Assembly: GCF_037042905.1 (NCBI RefSeq)
Contig: NC_087251.1
Coordinates: forward strand, 41,292,001-41,356,000
Source of the DNA: Lytechinus pictus
Taxonomy: Eukaryota
DNA: 64,000 bases
Reading direction: 5' to 3'
The notes under the pieces were generated by a model, which saw nothing but the letters and a program-made list of their open reading frames with translations, did not search any database and was not told the DNA's origin. The position numbers were made by a program, and so were the translations under genes. Every line of letters begins with the position of its first letter. Position 1 is the first letter of the stretch. Positions 60,601 to 64,000 of this stretch are shown piece after piece.

Positions 60601-61652
60601 CCCATTCACCTCACCTGGGTTGAGTGCAGCACAATGTGGATGAATTACTTGCGGAAGGAAACTACGCCATGGCTGGGATTTAAACCCACGACCCTCTGTT
60701 TCAAAGTCCGGTGACTTATCCACTGGGCCACAACGACTAAGTTGAAACCAGACCAAAAGTTTATTAGATAAACTGGTTTAGACAAAACAGCACTGCGCTC
60801 AAGACGCGTACAGTATTGATGTTCCTTTGATGTGAATAGTTTTGGCCAGATCCTCGATTGTCATGGGATACAAGTATTTTTATACTATATTATGTCATAT
60901 TTTATTACAGGTGAAGCCAGGAGATTTGAAAGATTACATGATTGAGCTGAGGGAACATGGATATACCCTGGTAGGCGTAGAACAGACCGCTAACAGCCAA
61001 TCTCTAACCGACTTCAAGTTCCCACAAAGGACCATGCTTCTTTTAGGGTAAGTAACAGGTATCCATCAAGTAACTTTGCCATCCAATGGCAACTACCCTG
61101 AAATCTCTGATTCTGGTTGGCTGCCGAGCCTTGTTACCATGGTAATAACCATAGGATGGCGGAGTTACCATAATAGTAAACTTTAGGAAATGGATGTCAG
61201 GGATGATACCTCTAAAAAACTACATGACTTTTTTGTAAAATCATTTGTAATATCGACATTGCAATCATACATACAAACAGTAACATCAAGTTTGGTTTGT
61301 CCCTTTCAGGACCCACAAAAGATTCTGTGTGTGCGGTGAATGATTAACAGAGCTTTTTAAACATATTTTCACAGATTTAATTGTAACCAAGGCCTTAGCG
61401 TTAAAAATAGTCATGTCAAACAATCCCCCCCCCCTATTTTTTTTTTTGCTTTGCTTTTAATTCTTCATGATTGTGTCTGGAATGTTTGATTTGAACAGGA
61501 AAGAAAGAGAAGGCATCCCCGTTGAGTTGATCCAGCTTCTTGATGTATGCGTAGAGATCCCGCAACTAGGTTTCATCAGATCACTCAATGTACATGTGAG
61601 CGGAGCGTTGATGATATGGGAATATACCAGGCAGAGACTACTCGAACAATAG
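6314..61652 (+). CDS. TARBP1: TARBP1/Trm3-like tRNA (guanosine-18-2'-O)-methyltransferase, SpoU/SPOUT family; 26 coding exons, about 1625 aa
   Basis: Join: 6314-6678,7497-8253,9178-9253,9576-9724,10647-10800,32245-32377,32791-32977,33694-33905,35257-35411,35866-35960,38238-38420,42136-42322,43040-43272,44198-44380,46215-46420,49435-49512,51218-51341,52368-52478,53253-53402,55316-55399,55835-56022,57237-57505,58138-58320,59766-59890,60911-61047,61499-61652. All introns are GT-AG, phases match, and the total of 4878 nt is divisible by 3. C-terminal motifs [42 protein letters not shown] and LLLGKEREGIP...[26 protein letters not shown] are typical of Trm3/TARBP1, preceded by a long helical N-terminal region. 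Confidence 0.93.
7497..8253 (+). CDS. TARBP1: TARBP1 exon 2 (...[26 protein letters not shown]...YETLDQVQ)
   Basis: Acceptor TTTGGCAG|, donor CAG|GTGAGT; open frame. Confidence 0.9.
8398..8685. mobile_element. Palindromic MITE (PIF/Harbinger-like, CWG flanks), copy 1
   Basis: TIR GTCTTACAAAGAGTT.CGATTGATCCGATC / GATCGGATCAATCGCAACTCTTTGTAAGAC; same family as 34917-35185. Confidence 0.75.
9178..9253 (+). CDS. TARBP1: TARBP1 exon 3 ([11 protein letters not shown]...)
   Basis: TTATTAG| ... G|GTTTGT; phase 0 to 1. Confidence 0.88.
9576..9724 (+). CDS. TARBP1: TARBP1 exon 4 ([22 protein letters not shown]...)
   Basis: ATTAG| ... AAG|GTGAGT; phase 1 to 0. Confidence 0.88.
9790..10170 (-). mobile_element. 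tRNA-derived SINE
   Basis: Minus-strand head with A box TGGCTAAGTCGG and B box GGTTCGAATCC; (AAT)n tail near 9762-9790. Confidence 0.75.
10647..10800 (+). CDS. TARBP1: TARBP1 exon 5 ([17 protein letters not shown]...)
   Basis: TTTGTAG| ... T|GTAAGT; phase 0 to 1. Confidence 0.88.
11941..14505. mobile_element. CAG..CTG hAT-like non-autonomous element with 6-bp TSD
   Basis: TAACTT at 11935-11940 and 14506-14511; imperfect TIR CAGGCCTGAAATT / AATTTATGCCCTG. Confidence 0.7.
12396..13690 (+). repeat. About 1.3-kb purine-rich (GA/AAAG) low-complexity tract
   Basis: Almost entirely A/G on the + strand. Confidence 0.9.
16340..17988. mobile_element. Kolobok-like MITE (AGG..CCT, TTAA at right end) hosting HINE copy 2
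   Basis: AGGTCATGTTCAACCCA / TGGGTGGACTTGTCCT-TTAA; degenerate long TIRs. Confidence 0.55.
16551..17605 (+). mobile_element. HINE/DINE-like element, copy 2
   Basis: Same termini and AAGGTCAAAGGTCA internal repeats as copy 1. Confidence 0.65.
18137..19280 (+). mobile_element. HINE/DINE-like element, copy 3
   Basis: TTTTTCTCACCTGCATAGCAGAGTGAGAC...GCCAGGGGCATTCCACTTGT. Confidence 0.62.
18527..19017. mobile_element. Kolobok-like MITE with TTAA TSD, nested in HINE copy 3
   Basis: TTAA|AGGGATGGTCCGGGCTGAAA...TTTCAGCCCGGACCATCCCT|TTAA; long TIRs. Confidence 0.8.
20200..20384 (-). repeat. 3' LTR (185 bp)
   Basis: Identical to 26503-26687. Confidence 0.96.
20385..20398 (-). promoter_or_regulatory. 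Polypurine tract
   Basis: Minus strand TAAGGGGGGAGGTA directly before the 3' LTR. Confidence 0.85.
21178..25776 (-). CDS. Gag-Pol polyprotein, 1532 aa: Gag with CCHC knuckle, protease, integrase, reverse transcriptase, RNase H
   Basis: [14 protein letters not shown]; LRDTGS; integrase HHCC (LAHD..GH...C..C), IDCVG, SDRGS, ALERYH, GPY; [24 protein letters not shown]; RNase H TDASE, EKE, TDH, ADALSR. Confidence 0.97.
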   Translation of the reverse strand: MAQFNVDTFLEADLTLVRLRQLRKDDLIAVGQKMSLDLSDLKTKAELFSAIAARAELIPESMSGDSDNDCDDRTKLDSDEVRLALARIELEERRDRLRAAEHEREMERKRLEFEMMRHSEIVSQSGQLGEREKRSMEAGFSARVKLIPRYDETDLDSFFLLFERVARKMEWPESDWALLIQQVISGKAQSVVSALSYDHAFDYWKMKDAILQAFELVPEAYRQMFRDLKRDSAETCVEFARRKEVAFDRWIRSLRIETTYESLREVVLIDEFTRCMSRDVKTYMNDHAVVSVRNAAMLADGYELSHRSSASQLQPSSPLASGFGWSRSETLHKEMERSKSPKSKLSGGSQSNGVRPEGRLFCAYCKKDGHLISHCQKLKDKNTGQNKVQASGFVRPATVCVGDPVCGDGVKQTFRDGVDEGYKEFISDGTVKFTVDGEEFPVVILRDTGSVQTLLIADESSIESSFTGMRVLIQDVNEGFKSVPLYDVELCSGLVSGRVTVGVVSRLPMKGITMLLGNDLAGGKVQPSTVLSDMPVVDSKTEALKTAIPGIFPSCAVTRAQAMAGRDEREVENGDDIDLGDTIFRDLSERMNSQTGDDRTVFSQPALIAAQQSAADLKGLYHVALTAEEAEKVSQCYYIKSGVLMRKWCPPGRPADEDWVAVDQIVVPPQYRAEILRLAHDIPLAGHLGVRKTVARIRAHFYWPGLRKCVSEYCKSCHVCQVVGKPQHHIKPAPLIPIPVFPEPFSRVLIDCVGPLPKTKAGYQYLLTVMDSTTRFPEAFPLRNIKAKTVIDALLVFFTRYGLPQDIQSDRGSNFTSSVFQEVMHQLGIKQVNSSPYHPQSQGALERYHQTLKTMIKSYCSENSGDLEKGIPFLLFASRDTPNESTGFTPFELVFGHEPRGPLKVVKEHMLSDFGVESGNVLDYVSQFRERLLRACELAGEHLRLSQGAMKARADKKAEPRSFEPGSKVLVLLPIQGEPLRAKFSGPYVVEKNLGKETYLVSTPDRRKTKRVCHINMLKKYYDRDEVATVAVVCEKAAEHIPAELEIPVEAEIGEGMSGKVNNSQVMADPSKILGHPSDFEQQDVVQILLDYPEVCGDKLGYTGEAIHDVDVGDHLPIKQHPYRLNPRKKSQVRKELEYMLACGVIEPSQSCWSSPVVLVPKPDGSQRFCIDYRKVNAVTKPDSFPLPRIEDCIDQIGNARYITKLDLMKGYWQVPLTERAKEISAFVTPQGLFQCRVMPFGMRNAPATFQRLMNCVIAGLDNVVVYLDDILVVSDTWSDHLTCLRDVFVRLTKAGLVVNLSKCEFAQATVSYLGHVVGHGRVAPREAKIQAIVDFPAPSTKREVMRFLGMCGFYRKFVPNFSDIAIPLTDLLKKGTKFDWTKPCEIAFQKLKAVLISKPVLQAPNFEHPFLLATDASEVGVGAVLLQLDEEGFMKPVSYFSKKLDVHQQRYSAVEKECLGLVLAVQHFDVYLSSCPDVTVFTDHNPLTFLERFRNKNQRLFRWSLFLQPYGLNVTHIKGNDNVIADALSRV
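26487..26500 (-). promoter_or_regulatory. Primer-binding site complementary to the tRNA-Pro 3' end
   Basis: Minus strand TGGGGGCTTGTCCG, 2 nt inside the 5' LTR (canonical tRNA-Pro PBS TGGGGGCTCGTCCG). Confidence 0.88.
26503..26687 (-). repeat. 5' LTR (185 bp)
   Basis: TGTCAT..ATGACA termini; identical to 20200-20384. Confidence 0.96.
26888..27350. mobile_element. Harbinger-like MITE remnant
   Basis: GGGCCTTTTCACAC...GTGTGAAAGGG termini; internal CCTTTCACAC repeats. Confidence 0.5.
27962..29117. mobile_element. Tc1/mariner-like MITE inside degraded HINE copy 4 (about 27355-29225)
   Basis: TA|CAGCGTGTCCCACGAAAAATG ... CATTTTTTGTGGGACATGCTG; long imperfect TIRs. Confidence 0.6.
28461..28806 (+). 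mobile_element. DINE-1/HINE-type Helentron derivative with (GTCC)n microsatellite
   Basis: TTTTTATGCCCCC...hairpin...(GTCC)n...GGGGGCAT...small hairpin TGTGTCC/GGACACA...CTAGTTTT, inserted in a T-run. Confidence 0.7.
30422..30562 (-). mobile_element. tRNA-derived SINE fragment
   Basis: B box GGTTCAAATCC; ACTCAACCCAAGTGAGGTGAATGGGTA core shared with 42615 and 60428. Confidence 0.65.
32245..32377 (+). CDS. TARBP1: TARBP1 exon 6 ([30 protein letters not shown]...)
   Basis: AATAG| ... AG|GTAAGA; phase 1 to 2; follows the 21.4-kb intron. Confidence 0.85.
32791..32977 (+). CDS. TARBP1: TARBP1 exon 7
   Basis: CTTTAG| ... GAG|GTGATT; ends [10 protein letters not shown]. Confidence 0.85.
33485..33646. 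mobile_element. Short, nearly fully palindromic MITE (Harbinger-like)
   Basis: CAGTCACATTT.CCCTAC.GCGG.CGTAC.GCGAGTCGAAAACAGCCGTTTT / AAAACGGCTGTTTTCGACTCGCCGTACGACCGCCGTAGGGGAAATGTGACTG. Confidence 0.75.
33694..33905 (+). CDS. TARBP1: TARBP1 exon 8
   Basis: CCTCAG| ... AG|GTAATA; phase 0 to 2. Confidence 0.85.
34917..35185. mobile_element. Palindromic MITE (PIF/Harbinger-like), copy 2
   Basis: GGCCCCGTCTTACAA...TTGTAAGACGGGGCC flanked by CTG/CAG; interior similar to 8398-8685. Confidence 0.78.
35257..35411 (+). CDS. TARBP1: TARBP1 exon 9 (tandem CAGCAG acceptor; could start at 35260)
   Basis: TATCAG|CAG ... G|GTAAGT; open frame [23 protein letters not shown]... Confidence 0.82.
35866..35960 (+). 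CDS. TARBP1: TARBP1 exon 10
   Basis: AATCAG| ... CAG|GTGAGA; phase 1 to 0. Confidence 0.82.
38009..38194 (+). repeat. Two-copy tandem duplication, period about 97 bp
   Basis: TTCGACCCTCCAACCGTGGTCTGCAGACTAC...TCATAAACTCATCAAATG at 38009 and 38106. Confidence 0.8.
38238..38420 (+). CDS. TARBP1: TARBP1 exon 11
   Basis: TTACCAG| ... GAG|GTATGC; phase 0 to 0. Confidence 0.82.
38426..40503. mobile_element. hAT-like non-autonomous element, TIR CAGAGCTGCCAACC, 6-bp TSD GGTATG
   Basis: Perfect 14-bp TIR; GGTATG at 38420-38425 and 40504-40509. Confidence 0.85.
38550..38832. mobile_element. CAGGGGCGGATC MITE with 5-bp TSD, nested in 38426-40503
   Basis: TTGTA at 38545-38549 and 38833-38837; TIR CAGGGGCGGATCCAG / CTAGATCCGCTTCTG. 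Confidence 0.7.
40926..41489. mobile_element. Kolobok-like MITE with TTAA TSD
   Basis: TTAA|AGGGGTACTCCAGGCTGAAAA...TTTTCAGCCTGTTGTACCCCT|TTAA; interior related to 18527-19017. Confidence 0.75.
42136..42322 (+). CDS. TARBP1: TARBP1 exon 12 ([22 protein letters not shown]...; a different frame from ORF-track 41919)
   Basis: Long CT-rich polypyrimidine tract, TTTAG| ... G|GTGAAT; the phase-0 frame is open to the donor. Confidence 0.8.
42615..42890 (+). mobile_element. tRNA-derived SINE
   Basis: A box TGGCCCAGTGG, B box GGTTCGAATCC, core CTGCACTCAACCCAGGTGAGGTGAATGGGTACC. Confidence 0.8.
43040..43272 (+). CDS. TARBP1: TARBP1 exon 13
   Basis: TTGTAG| ... AAG|GTACTT; phase 1 to 0. Confidence 0.85.
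43313..44030. mobile_element. Kolobok-like MITE with degraded right end, hosting 43341-43540
   Basis: TTAA|AGCGGTACTCCAG; body similar to 40926-41489. Confidence 0.6.
43341..43540. mobile_element. 200-bp hAT-like MITE, TIR CAGAGCTGCCAA, 6-bp TSD AATATG
   Basis: AATATG at 43335-43340 and 43541-43546. Confidence 0.85.
44198..44380 (+). CDS. TARBP1: TARBP1 exon 14
   Basis: Frame requires the AAG| acceptor at 44197; donor AAG|GTAATA. Confidence 0.8.
45167..46066 (+). repeat. 66-bp minisatellite, about 13.6 copies
   Basis: Unit TTAGACTAATTAGAGTTAGACCAAGTAACGATTGKACCACAAAGTGGAACKTAAGCCATTTGAACA. Confidence 0.95.
46215..46420 (+). CDS. TARBP1: TARBP1 exon 15 (...[13 protein letters not shown])
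   Basis: CACCAG| ... AG|GTAAAA; phase 0 to 2. Confidence 0.85.
46655..46815 (+). mobile_element. tRNA-derived SINE fragment
   Basis: Same head and core as 42615-42890. Confidence 0.7.
47760..49050 (-). pseudogene. Degraded DNA-transposon coding remnant (possibly Academ-type)
   Basis: ORF 48376-48657 contains [13 protein letters not shown], resembling a DLxAxEAxYHxxC motif I recall from large marine-invertebrate transposases; frames are disrupted. Confidence 0.35.
49435..49512 (+). CDS. TARBP1: TARBP1 exon 16
   Basis: CTACAG| ... AG|GTATAT; phase 2 to 2. Confidence 0.82.
49598..49962. repeat. Long inverted repeat, arms about 135 bp (49598-49733 / 49826-49962)
   Basis: Arms are reverse complements with few mismatches. 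Confidence 0.85.
51218..51341 (+). CDS. TARBP1: TARBP1 exon 17
   Basis: TTCATAG| ... AAG|GTAAAA; phase 2 to 0. Confidence 0.83.
52368..52478 (+). CDS. TARBP1: TARBP1 exon 18 ([17 protein letters not shown])
   Basis: CCTCAG| ... CAG|GTAAGA; NS..HR.K.R.WQ motif of the Trm3 family. Confidence 0.9.
53253..53402 (+). CDS. TARBP1: TARBP1 exon 19 ([11 protein letters not shown])
   Basis: GTATAG| ... CAG|GTCAGT; phase 0 to 0. Confidence 0.88.
53580..53716. mobile_element. CAGGGGCCG..CGGCCCCTG MITE with 5-bp TSD TAAAG
   Basis: TAAAG at 53575-53579 and 53717-53721. Confidence 0.75.
53917..54330 (-). mobile_element. 5'-truncated CR1/L2-type LINE fragment (C-terminus of RT ORF)
   Basis: Translation AWNPHTA...[12 protein letters not shown]...[10 protein letters not shown]...LFHKI..., then YMFSFFPRS after a frameshift. 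Confidence 0.75.
54359..54721. mobile_element. Sola3-like MITE (GAG..CTC termini, TTAA TSD, long TIRs)
   Basis: TTAA|GAGATTGGTT...AACCAATCTC|TTAA; internal inverted arms GGAAAGACCAATGGAAATGAGATGGGATTA. Confidence 0.68.
55316..55399 (+). CDS. TARBP1: TARBP1 exon 20
   Basis: TTTACAG| ... CAG|GTTTGT; phase 0 to 0. Confidence 0.8.
55835..56022 (+). CDS. TARBP1: TARBP1 exon 21 ([14 protein letters not shown]...[13 protein letters not shown])
   Basis: TTTTAG| ... AG|GTGAGC; phase 0 to 2. Confidence 0.87.
56126..56347. mobile_element. Harbinger-like MITE with TTGCGTT/AACGCAA repeats
   Basis: GGGGTGTTGCAA...TTGCAACGCCCC termini. Confidence 0.6.
57237..57505 (+). CDS. TARBP1: TARBP1 exon 22 ([24 protein letters not shown])
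   Basis: ATCCAG| ... G|GTTTGT; phase 2 to 1. Confidence 0.88.
57693..57828. mobile_element. Harbinger-like MITE with CTG TSD
   Basis: CTG|GGGCCTGTTGCAGAAAGAGTTGCG...CGCAACTCTTTCTGCATCGGGCCC|CTG. Confidence 0.7.
58138..58320 (+). CDS. TARBP1: TARBP1 exon 23 (IQKKITPW...[12 protein letters not shown])
   Basis: GAACAG| ... G|GTTTGT; SpoU motif 1. Confidence 0.93.
59186..59540 (-). mobile_element. tRNA-derived SINE (second subfamily)
   Basis: Minus-strand A box TGGTGTAGTGG, B box GTTCGAATCC, core CTCTCGACCCAGGTGCTAAATGGGTACC, (ATT)n tail. Confidence 0.8.
59766..59890 (+). CDS. TARBP1: TARBP1 exon 24 (LCRTCEIFG...[12 protein letters not shown])
   Basis: CTTCAG| ... GAG|GTAAGA. Confidence 0.93.
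60428..60735 (-). mobile_element. tRNA-derived SINE, same family as 42615
   Basis: Minus-strand TGGCCCAGTGG...GGTTTAAATCC, shared core, (ATT)n tail. Confidence 0.8.
60911..61047 (+). CDS. TARBP1: TARBP1 exon 25 ([13 protein letters not shown]...LLLG)
   Basis: TTACAG| ... GG|GTAAGT. Confidence 0.93.
61499..61652 (+). CDS. TARBP1: TARBP1 last coding exon (EREGIP...[15 protein letters not shown]), stop TAG
   Basis: GAACAG|; SpoU motifs 2 and 3; stop at 61650-61652. Confidence 0.94.
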
Positions 61653-61920
61653 AGCTCTAGCGATCAGAAGTCGATGAACGTCATTAGGGTTTCCTCCTGC
61701 GACAATTGCTCTTACTGAAAATACACATATTAACACAAGCTTCGAACCCTTCCTTGACCTAATTGTCATCAGGATCATTTCAGTAAAGTTGAAAAGATGG
61801 GGGAATGTGTCCAGTTGATCAAGGGGAGCATCAAGTTTGATAACACAAGCTATTTTGTAAAGATTACATCCAAGGACTTGTTAGGTGTTAATGCAGTTTA
61901 TCTTCTGCTAGTCGACAAGG

Positions 61921-61926
61921 AATAAA
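61921..61926 (+). terminator. Candidate polyadenylation signal AATAAA for TARBP1
   Basis: First AATAAA about 270 nt after the stop codon. Confidence 0.45.
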
Positions 61927-62350
61927 CAATTGTGCGTTAGTTCCTTGTAAGGGGGGATCCATGGCATATGTAAGGCCATGAAATGTTGGAACCGACCTTT
62001 GAAGTCACGTAGGTTTTTTTTATACATGTATAGGAACTCCCATGCACATTATTTGTTTTTATATATATATATATATAAAAGAAGGATCTTGTAGGTTACC
62101 CCCTCATTAAAGGGGAATCCAACCCAAATAAAAACTTGTTTTTACAAGGAAAAGAAAAATCAGACAAGTTGATAGGTGAAAGTTTGAACAATATTGGACA
62201 AACAACAAGAAAGTTATGGATTTTTAAAAGTTGTATATATTGGTAATCACTATACCCATGGAGACTTCAAATTGGCCACATATGGGATGTCATAGTGATG
62301 TAAGGCAACGACTACTCTTCCATGTACTCCAATACATATTATGGCTAAAA

Positions 62351-63456
62351 CAGAGCTGCCAAATAGTAGGATTTTGTCGTATCCCGTACGATTTTTCACT
62401 TAAAATACGACACTACGATTTTTCTAAATAAAATACGATTTTACGAAAATATAGCTATGTGCATCCGTGTATTATGTGTGTGTATATCTCATTGGCATTA
62501 CGTACGTAATACCGCGCTCGTATATAGCGAGCGCGGTATTACGTTGTGTGTGTGCACAACAGGCAAGTACGATGTTCCCAGCGCTAGCGCAGCCATGGCC
62601 AATCCAGGACTCATGTGTGCGCGCGTGCATGCTTATGCATGTACTGTGTGCGAATCTCGCGGCGCTTTATCATCTTTGGTGCGAAGCTAAATTCACTGTG
62701 TAGCTACCGGTACGGTACTAGCGCGCATGGCCTGGCTGACGATACCGCATGCTCCGGCCGGCCTCGTACTCGTCTTGAGCACCGTCGTCGTTTGTGTCTG
62801 TGATCATATTGTGAACAACGGACAAAGAGAGTTAATTCTGTAATATTCATCATGGCATCGAAAGGATCTGGATCATCACGGAGACAAACATTCCTATCCG
62901 AATATACGACTAGGTGGCCATGCATAGTGGCCAGCAAGAAGAACGATTACACCGCTCGATGTACGGCATGTGCATGTAACTTCTCGATATCGCATGGCGG
63001 TGCGAAGGACATCAGCTTGCACCTAAGTCGGCAGAAGCATCGACAAGCTGTGGAAGTCATGAAAAACGTGACAACACTTGCTACATTTTGGACAAAAACA
63101 GATTTTTCTGTTAAAACTGCTTTGAAATGAAATTCAGTGATAATCTATTAAGTAAGTGCAAAGGAGCAGCGACATCAGCAGCTGCATCAGGGTCCCACAT
63201 GTAAATGAGGTAACCTATCAGTCATGCATGTAATTATGTTACTATTAAATGAAGAACCTATGAATTTACCCCCCCTAATCCTATTCAAACCTGTCGTATA
63301 CATAATATACATGTAAAAATTACAGTTGGCACAGCAAAATAATGAGATGTATGATAGGAAAGTACACGATGGGTATGAATAGGATTTTTTTGTCTAAAAA
63401 TAGGATTTTTGGGGTTAAATAATAGGATTTTTGTTGAAGTGTGGTTGGCAGCTCTG
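62351..63456 (+). mobile_element. Internally deleted hAT-like element, TIR CAGAGCTGCCAA, 6-bp TSD CTAAAA
   Basis: CTAAAA at 62345-62350 and 63457-63462; subterminal TACGA/TAGGA repeats. Confidence 0.88.
62852..63130 (+). pseudogene. Truncated hAT-type transposase N-terminus (zinc finger)
   Basis: F..EY...WP.I........ARCTAC...FSISHGGAKDISLH...KH resembles the C2H2-type finger of hAT transposases; no catalytic core follows. Confidence 0.75.
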
Positions 63457-64000
63457 CTAAAATGTCATTTTTCCCAAAAGTTTTATTTCAATTATATTTT
63501 TGTTTCATGAGGACATAAAACAATATACTACCTCGGTTATATTAAGATTACTGCCCCAGGGGAACCACAAATCCCTGATAATAAAGTACTTGGTCTATGG
63601 GAAAGTTGTCCTTGCCCCTTGTCATAAATTACTTACACAGTTGCCAATTTGAAATCTACATAGTATTAGTGATCTCAATTTTAAAGCAGCTATAACTTTC
63701 TTATTGCTTGTCTGATTTCTGTCAAACTTTCACCATTCTATTTGATTTATTTTTCTCCTTCCCAACACAACATTTTATGGCCAAGGCTGGATTCCCCTTT
63801 AAGTCTTATGAAATGCCAAGCTTTAAGGCATTCATATTTCAAGTTTCTCTACTGATTTTTGAAAATTATGATCCTTGTTAGATGATTTTGAATACTTTGT
63901 CTATGCATATCCCTGGTGTATGTGGAAGCGACAAAGTGTAATCTGGTTTTGAGGTAGTAACAAATGATGTCCTTGACAAGGTGGAGTGTGTGTTCTATGG

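Larger units (their letters stand above)
62111..63798. mobile_element. Kolobok-like non-autonomous element with TTAA TSD, hosting a hAT-like insert
   Basis: TTAA|AGGGGAATCCA...TGGATTCCCCT|TTAA; its 3' part resembles 15020-15260. Confidence 0.78.

Overview
AT-rich animal genomic DNA, not prokaryotic. The repeat landscape suggests an invertebrate deuterostome such as a sea urchin (inference only). One large spliced + strand gene spans almost the whole window: a TARBP1/Trm3-type SpoU (SPOUT) tRNA G18 2'-O-methyltransferase. I reconstructed it by hand as 26 phase-consistent GT-AG coding exons (6314..61652, 4878 nt, 1625 aa). Its 21.4-kb fifth intron holds an intact, apparently very young antisense Gypsy LTR retrotransposon (20200..26687). 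That element has identical 185-bp LTRs, an AAGT target-site duplication (TSD), a tRNA-Pro primer-binding site, a polypurine tract and one 1532-aa ORF with the unusual Gmr1-type order PR-INT-RT-RH. The introns and flanks contain many nested non-autonomous transposons: CAG..CTG hAT-like elements with 6-bp and 5-bp TSDs (one duplicates a splice donor, one keeps a transposase zinc-finger remnant), TAGAC..GTCTA mini-elements with 9-bp TSDs (AcademH-like), TTAA-flanked Kolobok- and Sola3-like MITEs, Harbinger-like palindromic MITEs, Helentron-associated HINE-like elements, tRNA-derived SINEs and a CR1/L2 fragment. There is also a 66-bp minisatellite with 132-bp higher-order periodicity. All coordinates were read by eye and no database searches were run.
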